NCBI GenBank assembly: GCA_024640845.1
Contig: JAHEEE010000007.1
Coordinates: 141 to 64,140, forward strand
Length of the DNA: 64,000 bases
Reading direction: 5' to 3'
From: Myxococcales bacterium
Lineage (GTDB): Bacteria > Myxococcota_A > Polyangia > Polyangiales > Houyiibacteriaceae
Each line of letters starts with the position of its first letter. The stretch's first letter is position 1. A program made the position numbers and the translations under genes. Positions 60,001 through 64,000 of the stretch are shown here, piece by piece. The notes under the pieces are model-generated. The model saw only the letters and a program-made list of their open reading frames with translations. It was not told where the DNA came from and did no database searches.

Positions 60001-61353
60001 AACGCGACGAGGGAGATCGCCCGTGGGCGCCTGCAGGCCTCGGGTCCGGTGACAGCGGAGCTCCTCTCGGGCACGCTGCAGCTTCCGCGAATCTCCATCG
60101 ACGCCGCTCTCTCGGCGCTCGAAGGCGAGGGTTTCGTGCTTCGCGGGAAGTTCACGCCGGAGTCGACCGACACGGAGTGGTGTGAGCGGGGTCTACTCGC
60201 GCGGATTCACCGCTACACGCTCAACCGGCTCCGAAAGGAGATCGAGGCTGTTTCCGCCGCGGATTACCTTCGCTTCCTGCTCGGTTGGCAGCACGCCTCG
60301 CCGGACGCGCGCATGGAGGGCCCGGAAGGTCTGGCCGCGATCCTCGAACAACTCGAGGGCATGGAAGCCGGCGCAGCGGCGTGGGAAGCCGATATCTTGC
60401 CGGTTCGGATGCGCGGGTACGACCCGAGTTGGCTCGACCAACTATGCATCTCGGGTCGCGTCACGTGGAGCCGCCGCACGCCGCCGACCGGCCGTGCTTC
60501 GAGCCCGATCCGAACGAGCCCGATCGCCTTTGCGCGTCGCGCACAAACCGGGACTTGGCGCTTTCGAGCGATCGGGGAGGAGCCACCGTCGAGTGACGCC
60601 TCGCTCACCCTCGAGGTGCTCCGCCGGGCGGGGGCCAGCTTCTTCGACGACATCGTACGGGACACCGGCTTGCTTCCGACCCAGGCGGAGGGAGCGCTTG
60701 GGGAGCTCGTGTCACAGGGCCTCGTAACCGCGGATGGTTTCACCGGCCTTCGGGCGCTGCTTGCCCCCGACGCCAAACGTCAACGGAGAGGACGGCGCAG
60801 TGTGGCGGCCTACAGCATGGAAGCGGCGGGGCGGTGGACCGTGCTCCCAGAGCCAGCCGAAGAGCACGACATCGAAAGCATCGCCTGGGCGCTACTGCGC
60901 CGATGGGGTGTCGTGTTCCGGCGTGTGCTCGACCGCGAGGGCGACCTTCCACCTTGGTACATGCTCCTTCGCATTTACCGGCGACTCGAAGCACAGGGGC
61001 TCATCCGCGGCGGCCGCTTCATCGCGGGCTTCGCAGGTGAACAGTACGCGCTGCCCGAGGCGGTGACTGCGCTCCGAAAAGCCCGCCGTGCGTCGAAGAC
61101 GGGCGAGCTCGTATCGATCAGCGCTGCCGATCCGCTGAACCTCGTGGGTATCATCACCCCGGGCCACCGCGTCCCGGCAACCCCGAAAAACCGCGTCCTC
61201 TTCCGTGACGGCGTTCCGATCGCATTCCAGGAAGGAAGCGAAACCCACTTTCTCGACGAAGAGCCGGCAGCCGACCGCTGGACGCTGAGGCGCGCACTAC
61301 AACGCCAGCCCGTTCCGAGAGCCGTGCAGGCCTACCTCGGCAGCCGACCGTGA
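57076..61353 (+). CDS. lhr: Lhr-like SF2 (DEAH) helicase, full length
   Basis: [32 protein letters not shown]; long C-terminal region (EGPEG, WGVVFR, GGRF..G..GEQYA). Confidence 0.92.
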   Translation: MSLAGFHPAVATWFERTFGEPTPPQVEGWPAIREGRHTLIASPTGSGKTLAAFLCAIDELVQRGLRGGLDDVVSVLYISPLKALSNDIEKNLQAPLEGIRGTLEELGYRDIDIRTAVRTGDTPSHKRAKMVKKPPHIFVTTPESLYILLTSEGGRRMLSHVRTVIVDEIHAVVTNKRGAHLALSLERLQELVGRDITRIGLSATQNPIEDVARFLVGAGGESGPEHVCRIVDVGHQREMDVSMELPGSPLETVMSHEVFEEIYGKLAALIEAHRTTLVFVNTRKLAERVTRHLAELLGEDEVAAHHGSLSRAHRLDTERRLKSGQLRAVVATASLELGIDVGDVDLVCQLGSPHSVGTFLQRVGRSGHWHGGTPKGRLFPLSRDDLVECAALMRCVRRGELDRIRIPEGSIDILAQQIVASAAAREEWAESELLQWVRRAWPYRNLGEDSFNQVLEVLSEGFATSRGRRGAYLHRDEVNRRIRPRRSARLTAITNGGAIPDNFDYEVRLEPEGLRVGTVNEDLALESAAGDIFQLGNHSYQILGVQTGVVRVADAAGKPATLPFWFGEAPARADLLSESVNEIREGIEARHHDLTEVISWLSAETSIGDIAARQLGEYLVGARIALDAMPTRNRVVLERFFDETGAMHLVLHAPFGSRINRAWGLSLRKRFCRSFNVELQAAATEDAIVLSLGPTHSFPLEDVFQFLRPENVRQVLVQAMLDAPMFQTRWRWNATRALALLRFRGGKKVPPPFQRMQADDLLALCFPDQVACLENVAGDREVPDHPLVRQTIDDCLHEAMDIEGLEALLQRMQGGELDLVARDLTEPSPLAQEILNAKPYAFLDDAPLEERRTHAVMSRRWLDPTRASDLGALDQDAIDRVRGEAWPDPRDTEEMHDGLLLHYCVTEAEARAGGWLGWLDELAAAGRATRFIVESNVMWTAAERLPVLEAAWPSGRPQALVAVPERHRAERWTTENATREIARGRLQASGPVTAELLSGTLQLPRISIDAALSALEGEGFVLRGKFTPESTDTEWCERGLLARIHRYTLNRLRKEIEAVSAADYLRFLLGWQHASPDARMEGPEGLAAILEQLEGMEAGAAAWEADILPVRMRGYDPSWLDQLCISGRVTWSRRTPPTGRASSPIRTSPIAFARRAQTGTWRFRAIGEEPPSSDASLTLEVLRRAGASFFDDIVRDTGLLPTQAEGALGELVSQGLVTADGFTGLRALLAPDAKRQRRGRRSVAAYSMEAAGRWTVLPEPAEEHDIESIAWALLRRWGVVFRRVLDREGDLPPWYMLLRIYRRLEAQGLIRGGRFIAGFAGEQYALPEAVTALRKARRASKTGELVSISAADPLNLVGIITPGHRVPATPKNRVLFRDGVPIAFQEGSETHFLDEEPAADRWTLRRALQRQPVPRAVQAYLGSRP

Positions 61354-61376
61354 CCACTGGCGCTCTTGGAGTCAGC

Positions 61377-63155
61377 TCACGGCGGCGTGAGCACGACTAG
61401 CTTGCCAGAGGTTGGCCACGGCTCGTCGACGTGGACGAACGTGACCCGCTTCTCGTCGTCTACGACAAACAATGGCACCGAATCTCGACCCAATCGTTCT
61501 CGGACGGCGTCGAGATTCGTGGCCTCCCGTGCGGGGATTGCCATGGCCACCGCGCGGGCTTTCAAGAGCGCCTCGAGCTTGTCCAGCGGGACACCGGTGG
61601 CGACTTTTGCGGCTTGGAGCTCGCTCGCGTAATGGGGCTGCGGGTGCCCGAGAGACGTACTGGGCCGAATCTGGTGAACGTTCGACGCTCCGAAGAGCTT
61701 GCGAAAACGGGCGACTGCGAGCGTATTGAGATCGTCGTTGGAAGTCAGCGCAACGAAGTGCCCGATCTCATTCAAGTCGAGGTCGCGCAGTAGGCGACGC
61801 GACAAAATCTCTCCCTTCTTGGCGATCAGCCCGGAGCGTCGCGCCTCGTTCACTTTCGCTGGATCGGAATCGATGTTGAGGGTGCGAACCCCGTACTGGT
61901 TCAGGGCTTGAGCAAGTAGGCAGCCGACTCGATTTGCGCCCAAGATCATGACGCCTTGTGGTTCATGCTGCGCGAGTCCGAGCCGGTTCACCAACGGCAC
62001 TGCGGAAAGGCCTGACACCAAGACGGTGAGTGCAATTACCGTAAACGTGACGGGCATCAGTATCGAGGCCTCTCGATATCCGGCATTGACGAGCTCCAGT
62101 GAAAAGAGCGAGGAGACCGCAGCGGCCACGACACCTCTCGGCGCCATCGCTCCGATGAAAATCTTCTCGCGCGTCGAAAGATCCGAGCCTACTGTCGACA
62201 ACGCGACCGAAAGAGGACGAGCAACAAGGATGACGACCGCCGCAAAACCAAGCACTGCAAGAGGAAGCGCGGTGATGTCGGAGAGCGCCATGCGCGCCGT
62301 CAGCAGGATGAAGAGGGTCGAGATGAGAAGAGTGCGAGCGTGCTCGGTGAACTCCAAGCTCTGCTCCATGTCGATCTTCTTCTGAGACGCCAAGGCGATT
62401 CCCATCACGGTCACCGCCAGCAGGCCTGATTCCGCCTGGATGTGGTTGGCCAACGCGTATACGACGAGAGCGAACGGCAGAACGACGGCGTTGTGTAGAA
62501 ACTCAGGCAGGAGCTCCCGTTCCCGAACAGCGACGAAGAGCAGCGCTGCGACGAAACCCAGTAGCCCGCTAATCAACGCAGCTTTCAAAATTCCGATGCT
62601 GACGACCGAAAACGCGTGCTCGACCTGCTCCGCCCGGATGCCCTGAAAGACCAAGACCGCGAGGATGGCGCCGATCGGATCGTTGATGATTCCTTCGAGC
62701 TTCAGAACCGATCCCACTGAACCTCGTGGGCGCGCGTGACGCAGCAGCGGGCCGATGACGGTGGGTCCAGTGACGACCAGAATCGCGCCGAGAAGAAGCG
62801 AGAGCTCGATGCTGAGTCCCAAGAGATGGTGCGCTGCAGCCGAGAGAACGCCCCAGGTGACTGGGATGCCGATGAAGATCAGACGCCGCACTGGCTTCGC
62901 CACCCCCCGGATCTCTTCCCAGCTCGCGCTGAGCCCGCCCTCGAAGAGAACGATCGCTGCCGCCAATGAAACGAAGGGAAACGTGAGCGACCCGAGGACC
63001 TGGTCAGGTCTGAACAGGCCGGTCAAGGGACCTGCCACGAACCCTACGGCCAAGAGCACGAGAATTGAGGGGATCCGGAGCCGCCAGGCGAGCCATAGTG
63101 ACCCCGCGCCGAGCGCGATGAGGATGACGATTCCATTCATCGTTTCGTGGTGCAT
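61377..63155 (-). CDS. CPA1/NhaP-type cation:proton antiporter with TrkA_N-like C-terminus
   Basis: VLFEGGL, VTGPTVI, EGIINDPIG, APRGVVAAAV; ILGANRVG. Confidence 0.9.
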   Translation of the reverse strand: MHHETMNGIVILIALGAGSLWLAWRLRIPSILVLLAVGFVAGPLTGLFRPDQVLGSLTFPFVSLAAAIVLFEGGLSASWEEIRGVAKPVRRLIFIGIPVTWGVLSAAAHHLLGLSIELSLLLGAILVVTGPTVIGPLLRHARPRGSVGSVLKLEGIINDPIGAILAVLVFQGIRAEQVEHAFSVVSIGILKAALISGLLGFVAALLFVAVRERELLPEFLHNAVVLPFALVVYALANHIQAESGLLAVTVMGIALASQKKIDMEQSLEFTEHARTLLISTLFILLTARMALSDITALPLAVLGFAAVVILVARPLSVALSTVGSDLSTREKIFIGAMAPRGVVAAAVSSLFSLELVNAGYREASILMPVTFTVIALTVLVSGLSAVPLVNRLGLAQHEPQGVMILGANRVGCLLAQALNQYGVRTLNIDSDPAKVNEARRSGLIAKKGEILSRRLLRDLDLNEIGHFVALTSNDDLNTLAVARFRKLFGASNVHQIRPSTSLGHPQPHYASELQAAKVATGVPLDKLEALLKARAVAMAIPAREATNLDAVRERLGRDSVPLFVVDDEKRVTFVHVDEPWPTSGKLVVLTPP

Positions 63156-63216
63156 GGGCTATGCCTGCGACGTCGCTGCTTTGCGGAGCGTCGCATGAGG
63201 ACGTACAACGGCGAAG

Positions 63217-63471
63217 GTGATACCGGAAGACATCGATCTCGAGGAGCTTCGGGCCAAGCTGTCCGCGCGCTTTGCCGGAGCCGCCCCCGCGGGATACGTG
63301 AGGGGCAAAGGCGATTTGCGCGGGGCGGTAGTCGCGCTCCTCGGTTGCTCTGCACTCGAGGCAGAGCAGCTCGTCGACACGATGGAGGCGCGCGGCATGA
63401 TTCGATACGAGGGCGACCGGCGAGACGAAGTCGACCAACTCGAGCGCCACTGGAAGCTTGGACGAGACTGA
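63217..63471 (+). CDS. Small hypothetical protein (84 aa)
   Basis: GTG start; fills the gap between the antiporter and gdhA; GY.RGK..., EAEQLVDTMEARG. Confidence 0.65.
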   Translation: MIPEDIDLEELRAKLSARFAGAAPAGYVRGKGDLRGAVVALLGCSALEAEQLVDTMEARGMIRYEGDRRDEVDQLERHWKLGRD

Positions 63472-63480
63472 CGCAGCGCG

Positions 63481-63999
63481 TCACATGACGCCATAGGCCA
63501 ACATCGCGTCAGCTACCTTGCGAAAGCCGGCGCGGTTCGCTGCGTCCGCGTAGTCTGCTTGGTCGTCTCTTTCCATCTCGCTTACGCACTTGTCGTGGAT
63601 CGTCTTCATGATGTCTTTGAGACGCCGGTCCACCTCTTCGCGGGACCAACTCAGGCGAGTTGCATTCTGGGACCGCTCGAAGCCGCTGACCGCGACGCCG
63701 CCTGCGTTCGCTGCTTTGCCCGGAGCGATCTGGACGCCGTGCTGTCGGAAGCGAGCGACTGCGTCGTCGGTCGTCGGCATGTTGGCGCCTTCCACCACGA
63801 CCTGAACCCCGTTGTCGACCAGCGTGCGCGCCGCTTCGTCGTCGAGCTCGTTCTGCGTCGCGCAAGGCATGGCTACGTCACAGGACACCCCCCACGGCGC
63901 CTTTCCGTTCTCGTATCGCACGCCCGCAAGCTCTCCGTCCAGCTCGCTCAAACGACCTCGTCGTTGAAGCTTGAGCGTCTTGATCGCGTCAAGACCGTC
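63481..63999 (-). CDS. gdhA: NADP-specific glutamate dehydrogenase, C-terminal part (runs off right edge)
   Basis: PCATQNEL, EGANMP, PGKAANAGGVAVS, GF.KVADAM; frame open to the window end. Confidence 0.92.
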   Translation of the reverse strand, partial: DGLDAIKTLKLQRRGRLSELDGELAGVRYENGKAPWGVSCDVAMPCATQNELDDEAARTLVDNGVQVVVEGANMPTTDDAVARFRQHGVQIAPGKAANAGGVAVSGFERSQNATRLSWSREEVDRRLKDIMKTIHDKCVSEMERDDQADYADAANRAGFRKVADAMLAYGVM

Positions 64000-64000
64000 C

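Overview
High-GC (roughly two-thirds GC by eye) bacterial chromosomal segment with about 58 protein-coding genes. I saw no rRNA, tRNA, CRISPR array, integrase or transposase. The many lipoproteins with GGTGG/DAG-rich linkers suggest a myxobacterium (Myxococcota, Polyangia-like); this is inference. Recognisable blocks are: a GH89 plus lipoprotein cluster (5.1-10.9 kb); a peroxisome-like beta-oxidation operon (acyl-CoA dehydrogenase pair, NTF2 protein, SDR-hydratase2-SCP2-SCP2 fusion, SCPx-type thiolase, TetR; 11-18.3 kb); a rearranged tol-pal locus (29.5-36.4 kb); a sulfotransferase / Mo-oxidoreductase / TauD run; tandem CAP-domain lipoproteins; purB-purC-purS; a divergent phosphotransferase / ACAD10-11-like pair; an nfeD-nfeD-floA operon extended by a small ORF and an anchored HExxH protein; lhr; and two glutamate dehydrogenases. 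The strongest leads are: (1) an unannotated 184-nt highly structured intergenic element (46797-46980) whose mismatches are mostly G.U pairs on the + strand; (2) the flotillin operon with a candidate M48-like metallopeptidase; (3) two apparent in-frame internal deletions (a 44-codon cytochrome P450 remnant and a PI-PLC-like gene); (4) the eukaryote-like MFE-2/SCPx module. All calls come from motif recognition by eye; no searches or folding programs were run.
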